64,000 nt of DNA, taken from an uncultured Chloracidobacterium sp. (GTDB lineage: Bacteria; Acidobacteriota; Blastocatellia; Pyrinomonadales; Pyrinomonadaceae). The number at the start of each line of letters is the position of its first letter. Position 1 is the first letter of the stretch. Under the pieces are notes generated by a model. The model was not told the DNA's origin. It worked only from the letters and a program-made list of their open reading frames with translations, and ran no database searches. Location: contig CAKZGE010000004.1 of the NCBI GenBank assembly GCA_936914845.1, positions 409,658 through 473,657 of the forward strand. Direction: 5' to 3'. Positions 1 through 10,216 of this stretch are shown in pieces. Position numbers and translations under genes: made by a program.

Positions 1-20
1 ATCATCTGAGCGTCATATTT

Positions 21-1079
21 ATGAGATCAAGCACCAAGATATTACTGGCGATCGCCGCTGCCGCACTGTTGCTCACGGCTTCTTGCACTTCTTTGACCGA
101 GGCAAAACGCGAAGGGTGCACCACGAAGGTCGGCATAGTCTTTGACATCGGCGGCAAGAATGACCGCTCTTTCAATGCTGCCGCTTGGGAAGGAGTAAAG
201 CGGGCGGAGCAGGACATGAACATCTGTCTTTATGATGTTGAACCGGGCAATCCGACATCGATCGAACCGGCGATGCGGGCATTTGCCGAACGCGATTTCG
301 ATCTTGTGGTCGGCGTTGGGTTTGCTCAGGGGCCGATCATGCAAAAGGTCGCGTTGGATTACCCGAATATTAATTTCGCGATCGTTGACGGCGTGATCTT
401 TGAAAAAGACGGGAAAACGCCGCGCCAGAATGTGGCTTCGCTGGTTTTCCGTGAACACGAAGGTTCGTTTTTGGTAGGAATGCTGGCGGCATACCGCTCG
501 CGAACGCACACGATCGGATTTCTCGGCGGTATGGACATTCCGCTGATCCATAAATTTCAAACGGGCTACACAGAAGGAGCGAAATACGTTGATCCGGACA
601 TTCAAATAATCACGAATTATGTCGGCGTTACGGATGCGGCTTGGAACAATCCGGGACGCGGAAAGGAATTGGCACTTAACCAACTCGAAAAAGGTGTCGA
701 TGTGATATTTACAGCGGCGGGAAATTCCGGGTTGGGGGCATTTGATGCGGTGGAACAATATGGCCGGAATGAAAACGGCGAAGCGAACCGCTACGTTATC
801 GGTGTCGATTCGAATCAGAACGGGTTAAAGCCCGGATTTGTGCTGACCTCAATGGTCAAGCGAGTTGACAACGCCGTATATGATGTCGTTAAAGAGGTTA
901 GGGAGAAGCGATTTGCCGGCGGATTTCATGTTTTCGGGCTTGATAAGGATGGTGTCGCCTATGCGATGGACCAGAACAATGAATTGACAGTTTCGCCGGA
1001 GATGATAGAAAAAGTCGAAGCAGCCCGGGCAAAGATCATTAGCGGCGAGCTCAAGGTGACGGACGCAATGGCTAAGTAG
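21..1079 (+). CDS. BMP-family (PnrA/Med-like) ABC transporter substrate-binding lipoprotein
   Basis: 352 aa. N-terminal signal with lipobox LLTASC. BMP-family fold motifs ([21 protein letters not shown]). Immediately followed by a tandem ATPase. Confidence 0.8.
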   Translation: MRSSTKILLAIAAAALLLTASCTSLTEAKREGCTTKVGIVFDIGGKNDRSFNAAAWEGVKRAEQDMNICLYDVEPGNPTSIEPAMRAFAERDFDLVVGVGFAQGPIMQKVALDYPNINFAIVDGVIFEKDGKTPRQNVASLVFREHEGSFLVGMLAAYRSRTHTIGFLGGMDIPLIHKFQTGYTEGAKYVDPDIQIITNYVGVTDAAWNNPGRGKELALNQLEKGVDVIFTAAGNSGLGAFDAVEQYGRNENGEANRYVIGVDSNQNGLKPGFVLTSMVKRVDNAVYDVVKEVREKRFAGGFHVFGLDKDGVAYAMDQNNELTVSPEMIEKVEAARAKIISGELKVTDAMAK

Positions 1080-1102
1080 GTAATGTTAAAAGAAAGATCC
1101 TT

Positions 1103-2599
1103 ATGCTAGAAGTTTCACATATTGCCAAGGCATTCGGCGACTGTATCGCCAATGAAGACGTGTCAATTTCGGTTAAAAAAGGCACGATCCATGCTATCGT
1201 CGGCGAGAACGGAGCCGGTAAATCGACAATAATGAAGATCGTGTACGGATTTTTCACGCCAGATAGCGGCGAGATACGGTTCAATGGCCGGCCGGTCGCG
1301 ATCAAAAGCCCGCACGACGCCATCGCTCTCGGCATCGGAATGGTTCATCAGCACTTTATGCTGGTCGAGAATATGACCGTGGCTGAGAATATAATTCTCG
1401 GAGCCGAAACCGGAACCGCTTTCGATCTCGACCTACATAAGGCAAATAAAGAGATCGCAGAGCTTTCGGCGGATCTGAAGCTGGGTGTGGATCCGCGAGC
1501 GGTCATTGAGGAACTTTCGGTCGGCCAACAGCAGCGGGTCGAATTGCTCAAGGCACTTTACCGCAATGCGGAACTGTTGATACTTGATGAACCGACCGCT
1601 GTGTTGACACCACAAGAGGTCGAAGAGTTTTTCTTTATTTTACGGCGGATGAAGGAGCAGGGGAAAACGATCATCATCATCACGCATAAGCTGGATGAGG
1701 TGCTGGCGATCTCAGATGAGGTGACGGTGATGCGCGATGGAAAGACGGTAGGCCATGTTCGAACGGCTGACACGAATTCTCGAGATCTGGCACGGATGAT
1801 AGTCGGACGCGACGTGCTGCTGCGGGTGGAGAAAACGGCAGCGGAACCCGGCGACGATGTTTTGCAGCTGAGCTCCGTGGTGGTCAGCGGCCGGCATGGC
1901 CGAGCAGTGGACAATGTCTCCTTTACCGTCAGGTCCGGCGAAATAGTCGGCATCGCAGGCATCGAAGGCAATGGGCAAACGGAATTGATCGAGTCGCTGG
2001 CCGGCTTGCGAAAGCCCGATGGCGGTTCGGTAAAATTCTGCGGCGAAGAAATATCGTCCGCGAACGCCCGGCAGGTCAAGGAACTCGGCATTGCCCACAT
2101 TCCGGAAGACCGGCATAAACGCGGACTATTGCTCGAATCCGACCTTTACGAAAATGCGATCTTGGGCATGCATTATCGCGAACCGATCGCTTCGCCGTCC
2201 GGACTTTTGAATTCGGCGGCAGTCGCGGCTCAGACAAAGACGATAATCAGAGATTTTGATGTTAGGCCGGGCGACCCGGAATTGAAGGCGGTTTCGCTTT
2301 CCGGCGGAAATCAGCAAAAGCTTATCATCGGACGTGAATTCCAGATCGCACCTAAGCTGCTGCTGGTTTCTCAACCGACCCGCGGTGTTGATATCGGTGC
2401 TATCGAATTCATTCACCGCAAACTGATCGCTCTTCGCGACAGCGGCTGTGCGATATTGCTGGTTTCGGCAGAATTAGAAGAAGTTACGGCATTGGCCGAC
2501 CGCTTACTGGTGATCAGAGAGGGCAGCATCGTCGGCGAACTCGACCCGCTCACGACAACGCCGGAGGAAATTGGACTGCTCATGACCGGCGGAGATTGA
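1103..2599 (+). CDS. ABC transporter ATP-binding protein with two ATPase domains (BMP/nucleoside-type uptake)
   Basis: 498 aa. Two Walker A-like motifs ([18 protein letters not shown]), [16 protein letters not shown] signatures and ILDEPT Walker B. Duplicated NBD layout typical of BMP/sugar importers. Confidence 0.85.
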   Translation: MLEVSHIAKAFGDCIANEDVSISVKKGTIHAIVGENGAGKSTIMKIVYGFFTPDSGEIRFNGRPVAIKSPHDAIALGIGMVHQHFMLVENMTVAENIILGAETGTAFDLDLHKANKEIAELSADLKLGVDPRAVIEELSVGQQQRVELLKALYRNAELLILDEPTAVLTPQEVEEFFFILRRMKEQGKTIIIITHKLDEVLAISDEVTVMRDGKTVGHVRTADTNSRDLARMIVGRDVLLRVEKTAAEPGDDVLQLSSVVVSGRHGRAVDNVSFTVRSGEIVGIAGIEGNGQTELIESLAGLRKPDGGSVKFCGEEISSANARQVKELGIAHIPEDRHKRGLLLESDLYENAILGMHYREPIASPSGLLNSAAVAAQTKTIIRDFDVRPGDPELKAVSLSGGNQQKLIIGREFQIAPKLLLVSQPTRGVDIGAIEFIHRKLIALRDSGCAILLVSAELEEVTALADRLLVIREGSIVGELDPLTTTPEEIGLLMTGGD

Positions 2600-2700
2600 T
2601 CGAGCGTTCAGACCTGAAACGATAGAAAAATGAGGCTCCGAGCTTCCGGTCAATGACCCGGTTCGCACGAAAGCCCCCTATCCGCAGGAACCAACAGCAG

Positions 2701-3885
2701 CTAACCGAACAATTTTTGCATTTTGTCGATAGCGGTTTCGAGATTTTCCATTGATGTAGCATAGGAAAGCCGTATGAAGCCTTCGGCTCCAAAGGCGTTG
2801 CCGTCCGTTCCGGCCACGTGGGCTTCGCTGAGCAATTTTTCGGCAAAATCGCCCGATGTCTTCAATTGGCCGTCTAAAACACCGCGCACATCTAAAAAGG
2901 CATAGAAAGCTCCTTCCGGCATATCGCAGCGAAATCCTTTAATTCGGTTCAAGGCCGGTATAAAAAGATCGCGGCGGCGGCGGTATTCGGCGGTCATCCC
3001 GGCCACGGCCTCTAGGGCCCGATCAGATTCTTCTAAAGCCCGTGCGCAGGCATATTGTACAAAAGAGGTCGGGTGAGTGGCTGAGTGGCTTTGCAGCTTG
3101 ACCATTGCCTTGGTCCAAGCTTCGTCTGCGATCGTGTAACCGCATCGCCAGCCGGTCATGGCAAAGGTTTTGGAGAAACTGCCGGCGACACAGACATATT
3201 TTCTCAATTCGGGCGGCAGAGCGGCAGAACTAAATACCTCAGCCGGCGGATAGACGAAGAACAGGTAGCATTCATCAGTTATAACGTAAATGCCGTGTTC
3301 CGCACACACATTAAAGATACGAAGCATTTCATCTTTTGCGACAACGCGGCCGGAGGGATTATTCGGCGAATTGATGATCAAAAGCTTCGTTTTATCCGTA
3401 ATCGCGGCTTTTACCTGCTCTGCCGTCAATACAAACCCCGTCTGCTCGGTGTCGATGTAAACATTGTTGCCGCCGCAGAAATTTACGATCTCCGGAAAGC
3501 TGACCCAATATGGTTTGGGCAGCAAAACATCGTCGCCGGGGTTGATGAGGGTACAGATCGCATTGAAGATCGCCTGCTTTCCGCCGCAGGCAGCGGCAAC
3601 CTCGGTTGGTTTAATGTCGGCCGCAAAGCGTTCGCCGTAGAAATGGCAGATCGCTTCTTGAAGACTTTTCAAACCGGCGCTTGGCGTATATTTGGTGATG
3701 CCGAGCCGGAGCCCTTCGATCGCAAGCTCTTTGATGAATTCGGGCGTGTCGAAATCCGGTTCTCCGACCGTCAGGTCGATAACGTCTATACCTTGGGCAC
3801 GCAACGCGGCGGCTGTCTGGGCCGCTTTCATTGTCGAAGATGCCTGCATGCTCGCCGAGCGAAATGATTCTGGAAAAGCGTTCAT
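2701..3885 (-). CDS. class I/II PLP-dependent aminotransferase (aspartate/aromatic type)
   Basis: 394 aa. SFSKTFAMTGWRCGY motif with the PLP-binding Lys. Full-length fold-type I architecture. Confidence 0.8.
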   Translation of the reverse strand: MNAFPESFRSASMQASSTMKAAQTAAALRAQGIDVIDLTVGEPDFDTPEFIKELAIEGLRLGITKYTPSAGLKSLQEAICHFYGERFAADIKPTEVAAACGGKQAIFNAICTLINPGDDVLLPKPYWVSFPEIVNFCGGNNVYIDTEQTGFVLTAEQVKAAITDKTKLLIINSPNNPSGRVVAKDEMLRIFNVCAEHGIYVITDECYLFFVYPPAEVFSSAALPPELRKYVCVAGSFSKTFAMTGWRCGYTIADEAWTKAMVKLQSHSATHPTSFVQYACARALEESDRALEAVAGMTAEYRRRRDLFIPALNRIKGFRCDMPEGAFYAFLDVRGVLDGQLKTSGDFAEKLLSEAHVAGTDGNAFGAEGFIRLSYATSMENLETAIDKMQKLFG

Positions 3886-3952
3886 AATGAAATATTATCC
3901 AAATGGGAATTCTATGACCAATTGAAAGAATACCTTTTGAAAGATCGGCCGT

Positions 3953-4450
3953 TTACGATCTTTGCATTGTTTTGGCGGCCATCTTTGTCGCAACCAGATC
4001 GGGGATCAGCCCCTTTATATTGCCGCCAAGCAAGAAGACCTGTTTCATCAGATCCGAAGAAACATAGGAAAACTCTTCGGCGGCCATCAGAAATACAGTT
4101 TCGATCTCCGGTTCGAGCTTTCGGTTCATAAGAGCCATGCGAAGTTCATATTCGTAATCGCTGACAGCACGAATTCCCCGCACAATGGCCGTAGCACCGC
4201 GAAGACGAGCGAATTCTGCCGTCAGGCCCGAAAAACTTTCGACAGATAGCCGACAGCCGCTCTTGTTTTCGTGCGGCAGCAATTCGCTGATCATTTCACA
4301 CCGCTCCTGTACAGTGAACATCGGCAACTTGTTGGGGTTGTTGAGAACGGCGACGGTGACCTCATCAAAGAGAGGTAAACTGCGGCGAATGATATCGAGA
4401 TGGCCGTTTGTCGGCGGATCGAATGAACCGGGAAAGATGGCTTTTCGCAT
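3953..4450 (-). CDS. coaD: phosphopantetheine adenylyltransferase
   Basis: About 165 aa. N-terminal AIFPGSFDPPTNGHLDII (T/HxGH nucleotidyltransferase motif), length and RGxxAxxRG-like region typical of CoaD. The start was chosen at MRKAIFPG rather than the upstream Met. Confidence 0.85.
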   Translation of the reverse strand: MRKAIFPGSFDPPTNGHLDIIRRSLPLFDEVTVAVLNNPNKLPMFTVQERCEMISELLPHENKSGCRLSVESFSGLTAEFARLRGATAIVRGIRAVSDYEYELRMALMNRKLEPEIETVFLMAAEEFSYVSSDLMKQVFLLGGNIKGLIPDLVATKMAAKTMQRS

Positions 4451-4616
4451 TTCGCACACAGAATATCACGCATTTGCACCTATATAAAGCGATGTGTACG
4501 GATGCTCGGGTTATTACAATGTAATTACATTTTTCGAAAAAATTTTGAACGGACGGTTTTGGAGCTAGTATTTTTGTTTAAAAGTGGTAAGATTTCTATA
4601 TTCTTAGGTTTGAGTT

Positions 4617-5291
4617 ATGAGCACAAACGGACAAGCTGCGGCTTTTTACGATCTGGAAGGAACATTGGTGAGCACAAATTTGGTGCATACGCTGGCCTTT
4701 TATGCCCGCCGGCAGCAGGGGTTGTGGCAAACGGCTAAAAAGAGCGTCGGAACCCTGGCTAAGCTGCCATTTTTTGGCGTGACCGATCTTTATTCGCGCA
4801 ATGTTTTCAACGAAGTGTTCTTTCGAAGCTATGAGGGCTTTTCACAGGACAGGCTGCGATATTTCAGCGAAGAGCTTTTCGAAGAGGTGCTTAAACCGGC
4901 GATCTTTCCCGGAACGGCTGAGCTGATCGCCCAAGGTAAAAAGATCGGCCAGCGGCAGGTTGTTTTGACAGGAGCATTGGATTTTACGATCGACCGGATG
5001 ATGGAATATCTGGGCATTGACGATTACGTGGCAAACCGGTTGGAATTTGTGAACGGATATGCGACGGGCCGCGTTTTGCCGCCGGTGATGGCCTCAGCGA
5101 CCAAGGCAAAATGGATCCGCGAATATGCGGAGCGGGAAGACATCAACCTTTCGGGTTCTTATGCATATTCTGACAGCATCTCAGACCTGCCGATGCTGTC
5201 GATAGTCGGCCATCCGGTTGCGGTATGTCCGGATTTTCGGCTGAAACAGACGGCATTGCAGCACGATTGGGCGGTTATCGATCTGAAATAA
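4617..5291 (+). CDS. HAD-IB family hydrolase (phosphoserine-phosphatase-like)
   Basis: 224 aa. Motif I (FYDLEGTLVST, DxxGT), HAD-IB cap and a C-terminal GDSxSD-like motif (YSDSISDLP). Confidence 0.7.
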   Translation: MSTNGQAAAFYDLEGTLVSTNLVHTLAFYARRQQGLWQTAKKSVGTLAKLPFFGVTDLYSRNVFNEVFFRSYEGFSQDRLRYFSEELFEEVLKPAIFPGTAELIAQGKKIGQRQVVLTGALDFTIDRMMEYLGIDDYVANRLEFVNGYATGRVLPPVMASATKAKWIREYAEREDINLSGSYAYSDSISDLPMLSIVGHPVAVCPDFRLKQTALQHDWAVIDLK

Positions 5292-5610
5292 AATGTAGAA
5301 GATTGGCTTCGTGTAACGAGCAAATCAATAACGAGTGTTGAGAAAAAAGATCGAAGTAAAGAGTAAGTAGGGTTGTAAGTAGTGAAAAAGATTTATGTGC
5401 CAACAATAACTAGATAGTGATCTTTGTGTGTCTTGATTTGTGTGTTCTGTGGTCAAAATATTTAAGACCGGAACACAGAAGCAGAACACGAAAAGCACAG
5501 AATTTAGAATCAGGAAATTGAAAGCTTGTACGGATTAAAGTGAGTGAATATTAACAAGTATTGAATAAGGCAGAGGGAATAAAGGTTTTTAGTCGGGTCA
5601 GTCATTCGGT

Positions 5611-5635
5611 GTCTTCGTCTGTGTTTTCTGTGTTT
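5611..5635. repeat. left flanking repeat of the GxxExxY cassette (gtcttcgtctgtg + ttttctgtgttt)
   Basis: gtcttcgtctgtg is the exact reverse complement of cacagacgaagac at 6186-6198. tctgtgttttctgtgttt is directly repeated at 6146-6166. Additional CACAGAA copies lie at 5441-5506 and 5651-5690. Confidence 0.7.
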
Positions 5636-5694
5636 AAATGGAATGAAAGCGAGAACACAGAATGCACTAAAAAAGACACAGAAAAACACACATT

Positions 5695-6120
5695 ATGAAT
5701 GATGATAGAAAATTTGACCCTAAAGACGATCACGGGGCAAAACCGAGTCAATACATTCTACAAGAAGAAACTTATGCGATCGTCGGAGCTGCTTTGGATG
5801 TCTATCATCGTTTAGGAATTGGATTTGCTGAACTTATCTATCAAGAGGCTCTGGAAATCGAGTTTGGTTTAAGAGGCATATCTTTTGAGCGTGAAAAGCT
5901 GTTAGAAGTTACCTATAAAGGTCACAAGCTCAATAGAAAATATAAAGCGGATTTTTTGTGCTTCGGACAGATAATTGTTGAACTGAAAGCCCAAACAGCA
6001 TTGACGACGATTGATTGGTCGCAGGTTATCAGTTATCTGAAGGCCAGCAATTTAAGGATCGGCCTGTTGTTTAATTTCGGGCATCCGGGATATTTAGAAA
6101 AGAAACGATTGATCGTTTGA
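5695..6120 (+). CDS. GxxExxY family protein (PD-(D/E)XK nuclease-like; formerly '23S rRNA intervening-sequence protein' family)
   Basis: 141 aa. Contains the diagnostic ...GFAELIYQEALEIE... (GxxExxY) motif and a family-typical length. Sits alone in a 0.9-kb non-coding region full of CACAGAA/TTCTGTG repeats. Confidence 0.75.
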   Translation: MNDDRKFDPKDDHGAKPSQYILQEETYAIVGAALDVYHRLGIGFAELIYQEALEIEFGLRGISFEREKLLEVTYKGHKLNRKYKADFLCFGQIIVELKAQTALTTIDWSQVISYLKASNLRIGLLFNFGHPGYLEKKRLIV

Positions 6121-6145
6121 ATTTCCTTCTGTGTCTTTAATTCTG

Positions 6146-6200
6146 TGTTTTCTGTGTTTTAAAGATTTTTACCACAGAATGCACAGACGAAGACACAGAC
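6146..6200. repeat. right flanking direct and inverted repeats of the GxxExxY cassette
   Basis: tctgtgttttctgtgttttaaag is a direct copy of 5618-5640. acagaatgcac is a direct copy of 5657-5667. cacagacgaagacacagac is an inverted copy of 5611-5623. Confidence 0.7.
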
Positions 6201-6234
6201 AGATATTGAAAACAAGAAGAAAGAACTTAAGATT

Positions 6235-7836
6235 ATGGCGCTACAGCTAAGAAAAAAGACGCACGAATCGATCGTGTACATCGACAAGGATTCCGCACCG
6301 CGGATAATGCCTTTTGGCGAGGATTTTATCCTGGAGGACATCCCGATCGGTACGCGCGTGATCTATCCGAATCCGCCGATAAAAGGGCTGCCGAACCGCG
6401 AAGCGGCGATCAGGTACGCGGTCAATCATCCGATCGAGATGGAGCCGCTGTATGCATTATTGGAACCGGGCATGCGGGTGACGATTGCGATGGACGACAT
6501 TTCGCTGCCGCTGCCGCCGATGGCGACGCCGGATATGCGGCAAACGATGCTGGAGGTCGTTTTGGATATGTGCGGGGCCAACGGTGTGGACGATATCCAC
6601 CTGATAATCGCCAATTCGCTTCATCGCAAAATGACCGCGTGGGAAATGAAGCGGATGGTCGGCGACGCCATTTTCAATGAATATTACCCGGAACGCTATT
6701 ACAACCATGACGCCGAAGACGACGAAAATCTGGTCACGCTCGGCCATACGCGGCATAACGAACCGCTGCGGGTGAACAAGCGGGCGATCGAAAGCGACCT
6801 GCTGATCTATCTGAACATCAATCTGGTGCCGATGGACGGCGGACATAAATCGGTGGCGGTCGGGTTGTGCGATTATGAATCGCTGCGGGCTCACCACGAA
6901 CCGCAGACGATCCGCGATTCGCATTCATACATGGATCCGCCGGCTTCCGCCCTTAATCACAAGGTCATCCGGCTCGGCAAATTGGTTGACGAAAATTGCA
7001 AGGTGTTTCATATCGAAACCGCTCTGAACAACAAAATGTTCAGCGACGGTTATGACATTTTGACGCGCAACGAGGACGAATTCTCATTTATGGACAGGAT
7101 GAAATGGGAAGCGATGAAACGCACGTTTTCGAAACTGCCGCGCGGAGCCCGCCGCAAAATGCTGCATGCGATACCGGCTCAATATGAGCTGATCGGATGT
7201 TTTGCCGGCCGAACCGAACCGGTGCATGAAAAGATCCTGGAGCTTAATTACCGCCAATATGAGATACCGGTAAAGGGGCAATGCGACATCATGATAACGG
7301 GCATTCCCGATATTTCGCCCTATAACGTCTATTCGGCTTTGAACCCGATATTGGTTCAGGTAATGGCGCTCGGTTACCACTTCAATATGTTTCGCAACAA
7401 GCCGCTTCTGCGAAAAGGCGGTGTGATGATCATCACGCATCCTTGCTTTGACGAATTCGATCACAAATTTCACCCGAGCTACATCGAATTTTTCCATCGT
7501 CTGCTGCCGGAATCGCGAGACGCTTTCTATTTGCGGGAAAAATATGAGCGCGAATTTGCAACAAACCCTGCATATGTCGAAATGTACCGCCGCGGTAACG
7601 CCTATCACGGCGCACATGCATTCTTTATGTGGTATTGGGGCGAAAATGGCCGTCAGCACGTCGGCAAAGTCATCGTCGCCGGTGCCGAAAATGCTCACGT
7701 TCCGGAAATATTGGGCTGGGAACGCGCCGATAATTTAACCGAAGCAATTGCAATGGCACGTTCATATATGGGCCGCAACGCCGAGATCACGATGCTGCAC
7801 CAACCGGTGATCGGGTTGTGTAATGTGACGGATTAA
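6235..7836 (+). CDS. LarA-like (DUF2088 / lactate-racemase family) protein, nickel-pincer-cofactor-dependent racemase/epimerase homolog
   Basis: 533 aa. N-terminal region resembles the LarA_N domain, with conserved His/Lys candidates ([16 protein letters not shown]). No larBCE genes lie nearby. Family call made from memory of motifs, so moderate. Confidence 0.5.
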   Translation: MALQLRKKTHESIVYIDKDSAPRIMPFGEDFILEDIPIGTRVIYPNPPIKGLPNREAAIRYAVNHPIEMEPLYALLEPGMRVTIAMDDISLPLPPMATPDMRQTMLEVVLDMCGANGVDDIHLIIANSLHRKMTAWEMKRMVGDAIFNEYYPERYYNHDAEDDENLVTLGHTRHNEPLRVNKRAIESDLLIYLNINLVPMDGGHKSVAVGLCDYESLRAHHEPQTIRDSHSYMDPPASALNHKVIRLGKLVDENCKVFHIETALNNKMFSDGYDILTRNEDEFSFMDRMKWEAMKRTFSKLPRGARRKMLHAIPAQYELIGCFAGRTEPVHEKILELNYRQYEIPVKGQCDIMITGIPDISPYNVYSALNPILVQVMALGYHFNMFRNKPLLRKGGVMIITHPCFDEFDHKFHPSYIEFFHRLLPESRDAFYLREKYEREFATNPAYVEMYRRGNAYHGAHAFFMWYWGENGRQHVGKVIVAGAENAHVPEILGWERADNLTEAIAMARSYMGRNAEITMLHQPVIGLCNVTD

Positions 7837-7877
7837 ATAACTGGTCAGATGACTGGTCATCTTGATATAATTCAAAC

Positions 7878-8108
7878 ATGAAAAATAAGATCCGGACAAT
7901 AAGCGTAACGGAATTCAAGGCGAAATGCCTCAGTATTTTTGACCACCTCGACAGCAACGGGATAATCGTTGAAAAACGGGGCAAACCGGTCGCCAAAATT
8001 ATGCCGATAAAGGATGACGATTTCGAGATAATCGGCTGCTTGAAGGGAGAAATGGAAATACTGGGGGACATCATGTCGACGGGTATCAAATGGGATGCTG
8101 AATCTTGA
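7878..8108 (+). CDS. vapB: type II antitoxin (Phd/YefM / VapB-like)
   Basis: 76 aa. Small acidic protein overlapping the downstream PIN gene by 14 nt. Has the ISVTEFKAK... motif typical of Phd/YefM-type antitoxins. Confidence 0.7.
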   Translation: MKNKIRTISVTEFKAKCLSIFDHLDSNGIIVEKRGKPVAKIMPIKDDDFEIIGCLKGEMEILGDIMSTGIKWDAES

Positions 8109-8472
8109 CACACACATATTGTTGGCCACCGTCAACGACGAATTGAAGCGAGGAGAAGAGGATCTGATTCGTGGGGACGATCTCGCGATCTCGGATATCG
8201 TTTTGTGGGAGCTAGCAAAGCTTGTTCAACTAAATCGGATAAGACTGGACCTAGATAGCACGGTTTTTAGACGAGTTCTGAGACAGTTGACGGTGTTCCC
8301 AATAACGCTTGAGATCGCCCGTCAAAGCGCGGCATTAGACTTTCGATCCGATCCGGCGGACGAGATCATCGCCGCGACAAGTATTGTCGAGAGCATGCCG
8401 TTGCTCACGCGCGACCAAAAGATACTCGGGTCAAAGGTCGTCCCATTTGCAGGTGCAGAATTTGGGAATTAA
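8095..8472 (+). CDS. vapC: PIN-domain toxin
   Basis: 125 aa. Begins MLNLDTHILL (first PIN acidic residue), with conserved E and D positions. Overlaps the antitoxin gene. Confidence 0.75.
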   Translation: MLNLDTHILLATVNDELKRGEEDLIRGDDLAISDIVLWELAKLVQLNRIRLDLDSTVFRRVLRQLTVFPITLEIARQSAALDFRSDPADEIIAATSIVESMPLLTRDQKILGSKVVPFAGAEFGN

Positions 8473-8581
8473 ACGAACAAGATGCGAGTCGTTGAGCGTG
8501 AGAGATGCTTTGTGGCTGATAGATATTTGTCGATAAGTAAGTTGAAATCTGAAAAGCGAAAAGCAAGGTCGCAGAAACGAA

Positions 8582-9121
8582 ATGCACCACTCCGAGGTAG
8601 TTATGCAGCGAAGTAAAATCGAAGTTGTTCCGTACGATCCGGCGTGGCCGGAGAAGTTTCGGAAGGCGGCGGGAAAAGTTGAGGCTGTGTTGGGTGCAAA
8701 TTTGGTTGCGATCCATCACATCGGCAGCACGTCGATAGTCGGGATATATGCGAAGCCGGTGATCGACATGGTGATGGAGGTTGCGGATATTGATGAACTC
8801 GATGGGCGATCCGCTGATATGGAAGCGTTGGGTTATGAGGTGAAGGGTGAATTCGGCATTGCGGGACGACGTTACTTCAGACGCAACGATCCTGACGGCC
8901 GCCGGGCTCATCAGATACACGCGTTTGCCGCAGGTTCGCCGCCTGTTACGCGACATCTCGCATTTCGTGATTTTCTATTAGCGCATCCCGAATTCGCCGA
9001 ACATTACAGCGATCTGAAATGCCGGCTCGCCGAAGAGCATCCGTACGACATGAACGCCTACATGGACGGAAAGGACGGATTCATAAAAGATATGGAAGCG
9101 CGGGCGCTCCGATGGGCCTAG
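8582..9121 (+). CDS. GrpB family protein (UPF0157, nucleotidyltransferase-fold)
   Basis: 179 aa. EVVPYDPAWPEKF...HHIGSTS...AKPVIDM motifs characteristic of GrpB. Confidence 0.75.
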   Translation: MHHSEVVMQRSKIEVVPYDPAWPEKFRKAAGKVEAVLGANLVAIHHIGSTSIVGIYAKPVIDMVMEVADIDELDGRSADMEALGYEVKGEFGIAGRRYFRRNDPDGRRAHQIHAFAAGSPPVTRHLAFRDFLLAHPEFAEHYSDLKCRLAEEHPYDMNAYMDGKDGFIKDMEARALRWA

Positions 9122-9133
9122 TATTAAAAAATA

Positions 9134-10216
9134 GTGAGAGCGAAGATCTCAACCAAAAGTAAGAATGCTTCGGTTCAGTCCGGCGACGTTTTGTTCGATT
9201 ATATACGCGGATTGATAGAGCAGACGCGTGCCAGGGTAGCGAGCACGGTCAATTCGGCGCTCGTTTTGATGAATTGGCATATAGGTAAACGCATCAATGA
9301 CGAGATCTTGCAAAACAAGCGTGCCGAATACGGTGAACAGATTGTCGCGACACTGTCGCACCAATTAACAAGAGAATACGGGAAAGGTTTCACCAGAACG
9401 AATTTAATCAGAATGCGGTTATTTGCTGAATTTTTCCCTGATGTAGAAATTAGTGCGTCACTGTCGCACCAATTAAGCTGGTCGCATTTCGTCGAAATCC
9501 TAACAATTAAAGACCAGCTAAAACGCGACTTTTATGCGGAAATGTGTCGGATCGAGCGTTGGAGCGTTCGCACTCTGAGGCAAAGAATTCAGGGAATGCT
9601 TTTTGAGCGGACGGCGATCTCAAAGAAGCCGGAAGAGCTTATTAGAACCGAATTAGCCGAGCTGCGTGATGAAGATAAATTAACACCGGATCTGGTTTTT
9701 CGCGACACATATTTTCTTGATTTTCTCGGCTTTACCGATGCTTATAGCGAAAAAGATCTGGAAAACGCGATCCTCAGAGAACTTGAAAGGTTTCTGCTAG
9801 AACTTGGTGTCGGTTTCGCATTTGTCGCCCGGCAGAAACGGATCACGGTTGACGGCGACGATTTCTTTATCGATCTGCTGCTTTTTCACAGGGAACTGCG
9901 CAGGTTGGTCGTAATTGAATTAAAGCTAGGCAAATTTATGCCGGCTGATTTTGGGCAAACAGAGTTTTATCTGCGTTGGCTTGATAAATATGAACGCAAG
10001 CCTTGGGAAGAATCGCCGATCGGATTGATCTTGTGTTCTGAGAAGTCTAACGAACGAATTGAACTCTTGGCGCTCGACACACACGACATTAAGGTTGCGG
10101 ATTACTGGACACAGCTTCCCGATAAGAAATTGCTTGAAAAGAAACTGCACGAGGCCGTAATTATGGCTCACCGGTTGAGCGAAGCGAAAGCTGAGGACGT
10201 GAGCGGGGTTAAATAA
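9134..10216 (+). CDS. DUF1016 / YhcG-like PD-(D/E)XK nuclease-domain protein
   Basis: 360 aa. N-terminal helical region plus C-terminal ...FFIDLLLFHRELRRLVVIELKLGKF... core (D...ELK). Typical YhcG family architecture. Confidence 0.7.
   Translation: MRAKISTKSKNASVQSGDVLFDYIRGLIEQTRARVASTVNSALVLMNWHIGKRINDEILQNKRAEYGEQIVATLSHQLTREYGKGFTRTNLIRMRLFAEFFPDVEISASLSHQLSWSHFVEILTIKDQLKRDFYAEMCRIERWSVRTLRQRIQGMLFERTAISKKPEELIRTELAELRDEDKLTPDLVFRDTYFLDFLGFTDAYSEKDLENAILRELERFLLELGVGFAFVARQKRITVDGDDFFIDLLLFHRELRRLVVIELKLGKFMPADFGQTEFYLRWLDKYERKPWEESPIGLILCSEKSNERIELLALDTHDIKVADYWTQLPDKKLLEKKLHEAVIMAHRLSEAKAEDVSGVK

Noticed and set aside
3085-3867. 260-aa ORF antisense to the aminotransferase gene, plus many similar antisense ORFs (e.g. 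1558-2100, 6457-6924, 11939-12676, 33527-34138, 37081-37728, 44139-44902)
   Set aside because: They lie entirely within and opposite well-supported conserved genes. Their translations are Arg/Ser/Pro-rich with no motifs. These are typical GC-driven antisense artefacts.
5440-6200. CACAGAA/TTCTGTG short repeats considered as a degenerate CRISPR or an IS terminal-repeat pair
   Set aside because: The repeats are 7-13 nt, irregularly spaced and arranged as nested direct and inverted copies around a single GxxExxY ORF. No transposase or cas gene is present. They are reported instead as a cassette-type structure.
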